64,000 bases of DNA from NCBI GenBank assembly GCA_039802605.1, contig JBDRWW010000008.1, positions 1 through 64,000 of the forward strand, written 5' to 3'. Under the pieces are notes generated by a model that did no database searches, had not been told where the DNA came from, and worked only from the letters and a program-made list of their open reading frames with translations. Shown piece after piece: positions 30,610-39,700 of this stretch (position 1 is the stretch's first letter; every line of letters begins with the position of its first letter). Origin of the DNA: a candidate division WOR-3 bacterium. GTDB taxonomy: Bacteria > Hydrothermota > Hydrothermia > LBFQ01. Position numbers and translations under genes: made by a program.

Positions 30610-31851
30610 CTATGTCCCCTCTTTCCAAGTCCTCATAAGTTGTGCTTCCGAAGGTTTGTCAATCTCCACACCCAAACTTTCCAACTTCCTCCTGGCAACC
30701 TCATAATCCAATTCATCAGGGAGTTTATAAACCCTTTTCTCCAAGTTTTTCCAATTATCCTTTATATACAAAACTGCCAATGCCTGATTTGAGAAGGACA
30801 TATCCATAACCTCGGCCGGGTGTCCCTCGGCGGCCCCCAAATTGACAAGCCTACCATCCGCCAAAAGATAAACCTTTTTGCCATCCTTAAAAACATACTC
30901 CCTTAAATTGGGTTTTATCTCCTTAACTTCAACGGATAAATCCTCCAAGTCCCTTTTATTTATTTCCACATCAAAATGCCCGGCATTCGCCAAAATAACC
31001 CCATCCTTTGCAACTTCTAAGTGTTCCTTTCTAACAATATCGGGTTCTCCCGTGGCGGTTATAACCAAATCCGCCTCCTTTATTGCCTCCCCCATAGGTT
31101 TAACATAATAACCGTCCATATAAGCTTCAAGGGCCTTTATGGGGTCTATTTCCGTTATTACAACCTTACAACCCATACCCTTTAACCTCATGGCTATTCC
31201 CTTACCAACCCATCCATAACCCGCAACAACCGCCGTTTTCCCGGCGAGTAATATATTCGTAGCCCTTAAAATCCCATCAACCGTACTCTGCCCGGTACCG
31301 TACCTGTTATCAAACAGGAACTTCGTATATGAATCGTTAACCGCTATTATCGGATATTTTAAAACCCCTTCCTCTTCCATCTTTCTAAACCTTACAACTC
31401 CCGTTGTGGTTTCCTCCGTTCCTCCCCATATATCCTTCCACGCTCCGGATTTATGGGCTTCAACGGTTAAATCCGCACCATCGTCAAGGGTTATATGCGG
31501 CTTAAATTCAAGGCAGGAATAAATATCCGAGTAGTATTCCCTTTCGCTTTCCCCCCTCGTTGCAAAAACTTCAATGCCGTAGTATTTTACCAAAGCGGCG
31601 GCAACATCGTCCTGGGTTGATAAGGGGTTTGATGCGCATAACCTAACATCCGCACCGAGGGATTTTAGGGTTATTACGAGATTGGCGGTTTCGGTTGTTA
31701 CATGCAGGCAAGCCGCTATCCTTATACCTTTCAAGGGTTTTTGGTTTTCGTAATCGGCTCTTATGCTATTCAATACGGGCATTCTGCTTGAAGCCCATTC
31801 TATCCTTTTCTTTCCAATATCCGCAAGGGAAATATCCTTAATTCTTGACAA
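30610..31851 (-). CDS. ahcY: Adenosylhomocysteinase
   Basis: ACLHVT.ETA, ASNPLSTQD, EETTTGV, FDNRYGTGQS, GRLVNL, GHP..VMDMSF; start must be TTG 31851 because the upstream ORF extension is tRNA. Confidence 0.95.
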   Translation of the reverse strand: MSRIKDISLADIGKKRIEWASSRMPVLNSIRADYENQKPLKGIRIAACLHVTTETANLVITLKSLGADVRLCASNPLSTQDDVAAALVKYYGIEVFATRGESEREYYSDIYSCLEFKPHITLDDGADLTVEAHKSGAWKDIWGGTEETTTGVVRFRKMEEEGVLKYPIIAVNDSYTKFLFDNRYGTGQSTVDGILRATNILLAGKTAVVAGYGWVGKGIAMRLKGMGCKVVITEIDPIKALEAYMDGYYVKPMGEAIKEADLVITATGEPDIVRKEHLEVAKDGVILANAGHFDVEINKRDLEDLSVEVKEIKPNLREYVFKDGKKVYLLADGRLVNLGAAEGHPAEVMDMSFSNQALAVLYIKDNWKNLEKRVYKLPDELDYEVARRKLESLGVEIDKPSEAQLMRTWKEGT

Positions 31852-31852
31852 A

Positions 31853-31926
31853 TGGGCGCGGGAGGACTCGAACCTCCGACCTCCGGTATGTGAGACCGGC
31901 GCTCTAACCAACTGAGCTACGCGCCC
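31853..31926 (-). tRNA. tRNA-Val(CAC)
   Basis: GGGCGCG/CGCGCCC acceptor stem, CCGGT-CT-CAC-AT-ACCGG anticodon arm, GGTTCGAGTCC; no CCA. Confidence 0.96.
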
Positions 31927-31931
31927 AGAAA

Positions 31932-32005
31932 TCGGGGTGCCGGGATTTGAACCCGGGACCTCTTCCACCCCAAGGAAGCGCGCTACCAGGCTGCGCTACA
32001 CCCCG
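31932..32005 (-). tRNA. tRNA-Pro(GGG)
   Basis: CGGGGTG/CACCCCG stem, CTTCC-TT-GGG-GT-GGAAG, GGTTCAAATCC; no CCA. Confidence 0.96.
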
Positions 32006-32016
32006 ATGTTTTTAAG

Positions 32017-32091
32017 TCGGGGCGCCCGGATTTGAACCGGGGACCTCCTGCTCCCAAGGCAGGCGCGCTAACCAGACTGCGCTACGCCCCG
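32017..32091 (-). tRNA. tRNA-Pro(TGG)
   Basis: CGGGGCG/CGCCCCG stem, CCTGC-CT-TGG-GA-GCAGG; no CCA. Confidence 0.96.
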
Positions 32092-32102
32092 CCCTTTATA
32101 AA

Positions 32103-32176
32103 TCGGGGCGAGAGGACTTGAACCTCCGACCTCCCGGTCCCGAACCGGGCGCGCTACCAGGCTGCGCTACGCCCCG
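32103..32176 (-). tRNA. tRNA-Pro(CGG)
   Basis: CGGGGCG/CGCCCCG stem, CCCGG-TT-CGG-GA-CCGGG; no CCA. Confidence 0.96.
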
Positions 32177-32189
32177 GAGGTTTTAAAGG

Positions 32190-32263
32190 TGGTCCCGGGA
32201 GGATTCGAACCTCCGACCTCGCGGTTATCAGCCGCGCGCTCTAACCACCTGAGCTACGGGACC
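32190..32263 (-). tRNA. tRNA-Ile(GAT)
   Basis: GGTCCCG/CGGGACC stem, CGCGG-CT-GAT-AA-CCGCG; followed by CCT, not CCA. Confidence 0.96.
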
Positions 32264-32278
32264 ACTTGGAAGGTGGAT

Positions 32279-32284
32279 ATTATA
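32279..32284 (-). promoter_or_regulatory. -10 box of the tRNA-Ile/Pro/Pro/Pro/Val-ahcY transcript
   Basis: TATAAT 15 nt upstream of the tRNA-Ile 5' end. Confidence 0.6.
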
Positions 32285-32320
32285 AAGTTGAAAAGGTTTT
32301 ATCAACCCGATAATACACGC

Positions 32321-33100
32321 TTGAAGTATTTAAGGCTTTTGCTATTGTTTTGGAAGACCTCTTTGAAGGTTGAAACGGAATACAGGTTAAACTTTTATTT
32401 TGCCGTAATTAGCAGTTTTATAAACTTTGTGGGTAGCGTTTTTGGTTTAAGCGTATTTTACAAAATCACAAATACCCTTGGAGGTTGGACGTTTGAGGAG
32501 GCGTTGGTGGTTATGGGTATTTTCATCCTCATAGAGGGCTTTTCCCAGTCCGTTTTAAACCCGAATTTAAATTATATTGTGGAATATGTTTGGAAGGGCA
32601 CGCTTGATTTTGTTTTGTTAAAACCCGTAGATAGTCAATTCTATCTATCTTTTAGGAACTTTTCAATTTGGGGTATACCCAACGCCTTATTCGGTTTGGG
32701 GTTAATAATTTACGGAGCCCTTAAATTGAAGGCCGGCTTGTTGGACATAATAACGGGAATATTTGCCGTTTTCATTTCACTGTTGATACTTTACAGTATA
32801 TGGTTCGTTTTGGGCAGTTTGAGTATTTGGTTTGTGAAGATTTACAATATAACTTTTGTTTTGAGGCAGCTGATAGAAGCGGGGAGGTATCCGATAACCG
32901 CCTATCCAGAAGTTTATAGGTTTATATTCACATTTGTGGTACCGGTTATATTTTTAACAACCGTACCGGCAAGTTTTATAAAGGGTGGTGGAAAAACGAT
33001 TTCGCTTATTATTTCGATGTGCGTAGCGGTATTTTTGTTCGTTTTTAGCAGGATTTTCTGGAATTTTGCAAGGAGGCATTATTCAAGCGCATCAAGCTGA
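32321..33100 (+). CDS. ABC-2 family (DUF990-like) permease
   Basis: EYRLNF, LGGWTFEE, GTLDFVLLKP, GRYPITAYP, Y.SASS end; start moved to TTG 32321 because the ORF extension is antisense tRNA-Ile. Confidence 0.85.
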   Translation: MKYLRLLLLFWKTSLKVETEYRLNFYFAVISSFINFVGSVFGLSVFYKITNTLGGWTFEEALVVMGIFILIEGFSQSVLNPNLNYIVEYVWKGTLDFVLLKPVDSQFYLSFRNFSIWGIPNALFGLGLIIYGALKLKAGLLDIITGIFAVFISLLILYSIWFVLGSLSIWFVKIYNITFVLRQLIEAGRYPITAYPEVYRFIFTFVVPVIFLTTVPASFIKGGGKTISLIISMCVAVFLFVFSRIFWNFARRHYSSASS

Positions 33101-34963
33101 TTCTTTGGATTTCTGATATTCCGCTATTATCTTCTGCTGTAAGTCCTTTGGAGCCTCTTCGTAATGTGAAAACTCATACCTTATCCAACACCTACCCTTT
33201 GTTATGGATCTTAGGGGAACTATGAGGTCATAAACATTTTCTGCGGGAATTTGTGCGCTTATTCTTTGGTAATCCCTTTCGTACGGCTCAAAGCCGAGTA
33301 TCCTGCCTCGCCTCGCATTTACCTCCCCTATTATATCCCCCAAAAAGCTTTCGGGGGCGTATATCTCTACGGTGTATATGGGTTCAAGTATGTAAGGGTC
33401 CGCGCCTGCTGCCGCCTCTTTAAAGGCCAATGTTCCGGCAACTTCAAAGGCAAAGTTTGAAGAATCCACCGGGTGATATTTGCCGTCATAAAGCTCAACC
33501 CTAACATCTATTACGGGATAACCCGCTATCACCCCTTCCGCCATAGCCTTCTTTATACCGTTTTCAACTGCCGGAATGTATTCTTTTGGTATGGCTCCCC
33601 CGAATATGGAGTTTTTAAACTCGTAGTTTTGTCCCCTCGGCAGGGGTTCAATTTTTATCATTGCAATTCCGTATTGACCCCTTCCACCCGTTTGTTTTAC
33701 AAACTTACCCATACCCTGCGAGGGTTTCCTTATTGTTTCCCTATATGGAATCCTGGGCCTTGCCAGTTCAACCTCAACCCCGAATTTGGCTTTCAGTTTT
33801 GAAATTATGCTGTTTGCGTGGGTTGTCCCCTGACATTTTAATAAGTGTTGGTGCAATTCAACATCGTATTCGTACGAAAAGGTTGGGTCTTCTCTCAAAA
33901 GCCTGTGTATTGCCTCGGAAATCTTTTCTTCATCGGATTTACCCTTGGGTCTAATGGCCACAACATAGGGCTTAAATACATCCTCAAAGGGTTCAAAGTT
34001 AAAACCATTGCCGTTTGAGGTCAGAATATCGCCTATTTCGGCATCTTTCAATTTTGGTAATAGTATGAACTCGCCCGCCTTAACCCTTTCCACCTCTATC
34101 CTTTCCCTTCCAAAGGGTACATATAGATGAGAGATTTTTTCTTTATTTCCCGTTCTCTTATTAACCAACTCTATACCCTTGGATATTTCTCCAAAGGCAC
34201 GGGCATAAAACTGTTCCCCCATGGATGGGTCAAATGTGGACTTAAAAATCACCGCAATGGGGGACTCTTCTCCCTTATGCGGTGGCATAAAATGAACCAT
34301 AAAGAACAACAAGTGCCTAATGTCGGCTTCATTTTCAACAAAGAATACGGGGTGAATGTGGGTTGTGGTTAATGCCTTTTCCATAACGGAAAACAGTTCC
34401 TCCCTACTTATATCATGCCCTTCAAGGAATTCCTCTAAAAGTTTGTCATCCATCGAAATTATCTCTTCCTTAAAGTCTTCCGTAAGGTTTTCAAGGTTGA
34501 AGGGTTTTCCCGGAGGGGCAAAGGGTTTGGTATCGGGTCCGGCGAGTTCTTGTAGCACTTTTAAGGTGCCCTCCCAATCACCGGAGGAATACTGGGTTAT
34601 AACAAAACCCGAGGGTATGTTGTACTTTTGAGCCGTTAAATACGCGGCTTCAACGGAGGCATCCAAACCAGACCCCGCCTTTATAAAAATCATTGCCACA
34701 TCGGCCATCCTTATAGCCCTTTGGGTTTGGGGCATAAACTCTATAAATCCCGGCGTATCTATAAAGTAAAAATGGTCTTCGCTTTCTATATGGGAAAACA
34801 CCTTAACCGTTGTGGTTGAACCCCTATCCTGTTCATCCGGCTCAAAGTCTAAATATTTCGTTTCAGGCTTTGGTATTTTTTTTGCCATATACAATATACC
34901 CGCAAGGGTATGCGTTTTACCGGATAAAGGCTGTCCGGCGAATACAACGCTTTTAACCTTCAT
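33092..34963 (-). CDS. Divergent elongation factor G paralog (EF-G2-like)
   Basis: DTPG, EDPTF, PRIPYRETI, KQTGGRGQYG, DGKYHPVDSS, LEPIY; degenerate G1 and G4 motifs. Confidence 0.9.
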   Translation of the reverse strand: MKVKSVVFAGQPLSGKTHTLAGILYMAKKIPKPETKYLDFEPDEQDRGSTTTVKVFSHIESEDHFYFIDTPGFIEFMPQTQRAIRMADVAMIFIKAGSGLDASVEAAYLTAQKYNIPSGFVITQYSSGDWEGTLKVLQELAGPDTKPFAPPGKPFNLENLTEDFKEEIISMDDKLLEEFLEGHDISREELFSVMEKALTTTHIHPVFFVENEADIRHLLFFMVHFMPPHKGEESPIAVIFKSTFDPSMGEQFYARAFGEISKGIELVNKRTGNKEKISHLYVPFGRERIEVERVKAGEFILLPKLKDAEIGDILTSNGNGFNFEPFEDVFKPYVVAIRPKGKSDEEKISEAIHRLLREDPTFSYEYDVELHQHLLKCQGTTHANSIISKLKAKFGVEVELARPRIPYRETIRKPSQGMGKFVKQTGGRGQYGIAMIKIEPLPRGQNYEFKNSIFGGAIPKEYIPAVENGIKKAMAEGVIAGYPVIDVRVELYDGKYHPVDSSNFAFEVAGTLAFKEAAAGADPYILEPIYTVEIYAPESFLGDIIGEVNARRGRILGFEPYERDYQRISAQIPAENVYDLIVPLRSITKGRCWIRYEFSHYEEAPKDLQQKIIAEYQKSKESA

Positions 34964-35087
34964 ATTCGGGTTATTCTACGGCGGGAAATTTTTTTATAAT
35001 GGGCGAGCATCGCCAATAATTTCATCACAACTTCCTAAGAGTAGCCGAGAGGTTTTCTCTTCCCCGATCGGAAAAACTCCGTACCTT

Positions 35088-35112
35088 AAGACTTTTTTGC
35101 CTCTTTGCATCA
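35088..35112 (+). repeat. 25-bp direct repeat, left copy (AAGACTTTTTTGCCTCTTTGCATCA)
   Basis: Exact match to 36702..36726. Confidence 0.9.
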
Positions 35113-35182
35113 TATTCCAAATTAACATATTCCGTATATGCCGGCTTATACGCCGTTTCGCCTATCATTTTCACCTGGAAAT

Positions 35183-36050
35183 TCAAACAGCTTTCTTTAT
35201 TCTCCTTTCTGCCAATTTTACATATTCTTCCTCTATCTCGTACCCCACATAATGCCTTTTCGTTTTTATGGCAGCAATAGCTGTTTGGCCACTTCCCATA
35301 AAGGGATCTAAAACAACCTCACCTTCAAAAGTGTAAAGTTGGATTAATCTATAGGGAAGTTCTACCGGAAAAGGAGCGGGGTGTCCTACCTCTTTGGCCG
35401 ATACGGCAGGGAATGTCCAAACGCTTTTTGTGAATTCAAGAAATTCATCTCGTGTAATCGCACTTTTTCTTTTATTTGGATTTTTCCGAGAAAAAGTTCC
35501 CTTTGAAAAAACTAAGATATATTCGTGAATGTCTCTTAATGTCGGATTTGTAGCCGAGCACCAACTTCCCCATGCAGTAGATGGGCTGGCAGAAGGGCCT
35601 TTATTCCATATAATTTCCCCCCTCATTAAAAATCCCAAGTCTAGCATATCTTTAATGATATACGCGTGAAGGGGAATATATGGTTTCCTGCCCAGATTTG
35701 CAACATTAATACAAACCCTGCCTCCTGGAACAAGTACTCTATAAACCTCTTTCCATACTCTCTTTAAGAATTCAAGATACTCATCAAGTGTTAAATCCCT
35801 ATCATACTCTTTTCCCACATTATAAGGGGGCGAGGTTACAACCTAGCTCGTCCATCTTTTCGGAGGATTTGCAGAAAATCCTGTCAAGAAAATCTGGGGG
35901 AATGGGATTTTCTACATATTCCACTTTTTGTTCTTTGGGTAATCCTTCGTACAACCTGCTTGAGTAGAATTGGGTAGAATCATGGCTTATCCTACCTGGG
36001 GAACCAAAAGAACTCGTTCTGGTGCCTTTTTTTCTTTTGCTCGTTTTCAT
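35183..36050 (-). pseudogene. Frameshifted beta-class DNA methyltransferase (N4-C/N6-A)
   Basis: ORF 35820..36050 ends ...SEKMDEL; after a frameshift near 35843 the next frame reads VVTSPPYNVGKEYD...HPAPFP...VLDPFMGSG. Confidence 0.85.
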
Positions 36051-36098
36051 TTTAATATTCCCTCCAATAATCTATCCATCTTTTGTAAGGATTGTAAT

Positions 36099-36633
36099 CT
36101 ATCTTTGTTTTCCGCCAGTTGATTCTAGAGCTGATAATGCTTTTCTACTTATTTCTACACCTCTTGGATTTGTACCTGGCTTAGGGAGTTTGATATATTT
36201 ATTTCTACCTATCCTATCAAAAAGTTTCTGTTGTGCCTCTACGGGGATGTAGTAAAAACCTCCTACACCTCCCCAATTAATTTGAACTAATAAAATATCA
36301 CAGCGTGGATAATAGGTCTCTCTGAATTCTCTTGCCTTCTGAGTATCCACTAAATCCCTTACCAGTTATTGTTTTAATAGATATTGGTTTGCCAAATAAT
36401 TTTACATCAACCTCAGGTTCTGTAATTGGAATCTCGGTTTCAACATTTTCTTCTCCGAACTTATAGATAAGTAGGGCGATAATTATTCTTTCCCGGAGAG
36501 ACCCAACTTCCATTCCAATTTTTCCCGCCCTTGAACTTTCCAATTCTGCAATTTGAAATAAATATGGCAGCTTATTTTTTATTCTATTTACAAGTTCTTT
36601 ATCTTCAAATATTTCTGCTAATCTACTTGACAT
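36099..36633 (-). pseudogene. Frameshifted type II restriction endonuclease, ThaI-family-like
   Basis: GKIGMEVG..RE, PEVDV...ISIKT nuclease core in 36298..36633, continuing in another frame (VDTQKARE...GTNPRGVEIS) after about 36347. Confidence 0.75.
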
Positions 36634-36701
36634 CTTCTATTCCTCCTGTGTGGGGAATGGCGTAATTTATATCCCCCATAAGCCGAATATTATAATCCCG
36701 A

Positions 36702-36726
36702 AAGACTTTTTTGCCTCTTTGCATCA
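36702..36726 (+). repeat. 25-bp direct repeat, right copy, overlapping the rgy stop codon
   Basis: Exact match to 35088..35112. Confidence 0.9.
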
Positions 36727-39700
36727 AAAACTTGAAAATACCTTATACAATTCCCGTAGCGTGTCCATATACTCCTTCTTCCCCTCTTCAATCTCATCCA
36801 TTTCCTTTTCCAACTTCCTCGTAAAATCCTCACTAACATATTCATCAAACCGCGACTTTAAAAACCTATAAACGCTTATACCCAACTTTGTCGGGAACAA
36901 ATACCCCCTCCTTTCAATCACATAACCCCTTTCAAGTAATGTCTGGACTATCTGGGCGTATGTTGATGGCCTTCCCAATCCCCTCTTCTTCATTTCTTGT
37001 ATTAATGTTCCCTGGGTATAGGGTAGGGCTTTTGAAACCTTAGAGAACTTAACACCCTTTATAGTTATATCACCCTTTATTGCGGTTATGTTTTTGAGAA
37101 CCAGGTTATAGCCGTCCTCAACGATTTCCTTAACTATTTCCTCCACATGGGCAAAGCCGTTAAATGTTATTATTAAATCTGCCATTTTAACCTTTGCGGG
37201 TTTCATCTGGGAGGCTATGAACCTGTTAAATATAAGGGAATAAACCCTTAAAGCGTTCTTTGGATCTTCAAGTTGTATGCTGCCTATGTTCAACATTAAC
37301 CTTAATTCATCCGGCGTTATGGGTCTTGTGGGCCTTATACATTCATGGGCTCCCCCTTCCCCCCAACTCCTCGGATAAAACATGTCTTCGCCGAACACCT
37401 TTTCAATATACACCTTTGCGACGGAATACTTACCCACATCCGAAACCCTCGTTGAATCCGTTCTGTGATATGTAATCACACCGTTTTCAAACAGGTCTTG
37501 CAAAACTTGCATTGTTTTTTGCGCCGATAGTTTGAGTTTTAAACTCGCGTCCTGTAATATCGTATCCGTGGTGTAGGGTGGTGGTGGCGATTTTTCCTCC
37601 TCCCATTCCTTACCCCAAAAAGCCCTAAACCTTTCCGGATGATTTTTCATCTCATAAACAAGGGATTTGTCTTCAACCGTAAAGGAAAAACTTCCAACTT
37701 CCGTTTCAACGATTACTTTATCAATCTTCTTTTTAAACTCGTATGCCCTCTCTATTATCCAACCCAAAACGGGTGTCTGTACCCTTCCCGCCGATAGGTT
37801 TTTCCTGTTATATTTATCCCATAAAATCCTTGAAAGCGTAAAGCCAACCCATCTATCCGCTATCCTCCGGGTTATCTGCGCCTTAACCCTATTAATATTA
37901 AACTCTCTCAGTTCCTCCAAGGATTTCCTAAAAGCCTTTGGCGTTATCTCGTGGAATTCAGCCCTATAAATGTTTTTGTTGTAAGGTGATAAAAGTGCGT
38001 ATATATCATAGGCGATTTTTTCGCCCTCCGCATCGGGGTCCGTTGCCACAAAAACTTCATCCACTTCGTACGATACCCTCCTTAAAGATTCAACAATATC
38101 CGCCTTATCGTCAATTTCTCCTCCTTCACACGATTTTAACAAATACTCCTTTTCCGTGTGCTGCTCGCCGGTTTTCTTACACCTCTTTATGGTATCATAA
38201 ATCCCCACAAAATCACCATTATTCTCCAAAACCCCAAAGAATCCCCCTTCCGTTTTTAAATCCAATATATGCCCCAAGGAAGCGGTAATGGAGAGTATCC
38301 TGTCCCCAAGCGGAATTTCGTAAAATATTGAGTTTTTAACCGTCCTCATCTGGGGTTTCCCGAAGAAGGAAGCAATTGTTCTTGCCTTATTTGGCGATTC
38401 CACTATTACCAATGTGGTTTTAAAAACATCCCTCAAATTCCCGGTAATGCCCCCTTTAATCACCCTCTTGGCCATCTCCCTATCCCTATCTATTTCCTCT
38501 AAAATCCCTTTTAAATTTAGCTTATCAAACTCCTGAAAGTCAATATCCATAACATGGAAATAGTAGGTTAGGCGTTTTTTAAGGCTGTTTATGGATTTCT
38601 TATCCCAATACAAGACCAAACTCAAACCCTTTGTCAAACCCCCGGCAACCAACCTTGATGTTCTACCGCTGGCCTGAATATATGTTGAAACATCCGCCAC
38701 AGTAATATACATCTCCCCGTTTATGTATTCCAAGGATACATCCTCCGATTCGTTTAACTTCTTTATAAAGTTTCTATCTTCAAACTTTTTCGTTATAAAA
38801 TCGTAAATTTCTAAAACCTTTTCCTTTATCTTAGGATATTTATCCAGTTCCTCCGCCTTGATTCCCCCGTATTTACGCAGATATCTAATATATGGCGAAA
38901 CCCTTATCTTTTCATCGTCATCCAAAATGGAATAAATACCCACCAATAGGTTTAATGTATTTGCGGGTGAAGGCTGAACCTTTACGGGGAATACAAACTT
39001 TGGAACATCCAAGAAAATCGCATATCTTATTATAGCCGGCAAGTCTATACCCCTAACGAGTGGATTACCTATATGTGCCAACCCAACCGCCAAATCAAAT
39101 TCTCCCCTCTCCATTTCATCGTATAAATCCTTGGGTTTCTTTTCCGTATAACTCAAAACATTGAATCCCCTTTCCCTTAAAAACTTGACCACCACATCTA
39201 TAACATCTTTTCCATACCTTGCGGATACGAACAATAGCCCGCCTTTCCCGATTTTCTCAACAATTTCGGGAATTGTATTCAAGGCATCCTCAAAACCCTT
39301 AACCTCTTTAACGCTATCAACAACATTCCTAACCGTGCTAATAGCCCTTTGTATATCAAACCCCAAAAGTTGCCTAAAAAGCATCACACGTTTGGTTTTC
39401 GGTTTAAGTGTTGCGGATGATATTATTAGAACACCTTTGTGTTTCCTATTCCTTATCTTTTCCAAGGCCTCATAATCTTTTTCCGTTTTGTTATCTTTTA
39501 GCGCCAGTTTGATTTCATCATCCGAGAAACCCAATATATGGAAAATCCCGTCTATGTTTTTTGAGCCCTTTAAAAACGAATCCGTATCATCAACAAAAAT
39601 AAAATCAAAATCGTGGTTCTTTATGTTTTCCAAGTTCCTGTGCAAAAACATATTTGTTCCTATAAGGATATCAAAATCGCCGGAAATTATACCCTCCTTT

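Noticed and set aside
31852..31968. 39-aa N-terminal extension of AhcY in the ORF track
   Set aside because: It is read through tRNA-Pro(GGG) and tRNA-Val sequence
32189..32320. N-terminal extension of the ABC-2 permease
   Set aside because: Antisense to tRNA-Ile and its promoter; family similarity begins near TTG 32321
35820..36350. Programmed frameshifting or phase variation in the R-M genes
   Set aside because: No slippery or simple-repeat tract at either junction, and conserved residues appear to be missing, which favours deletion
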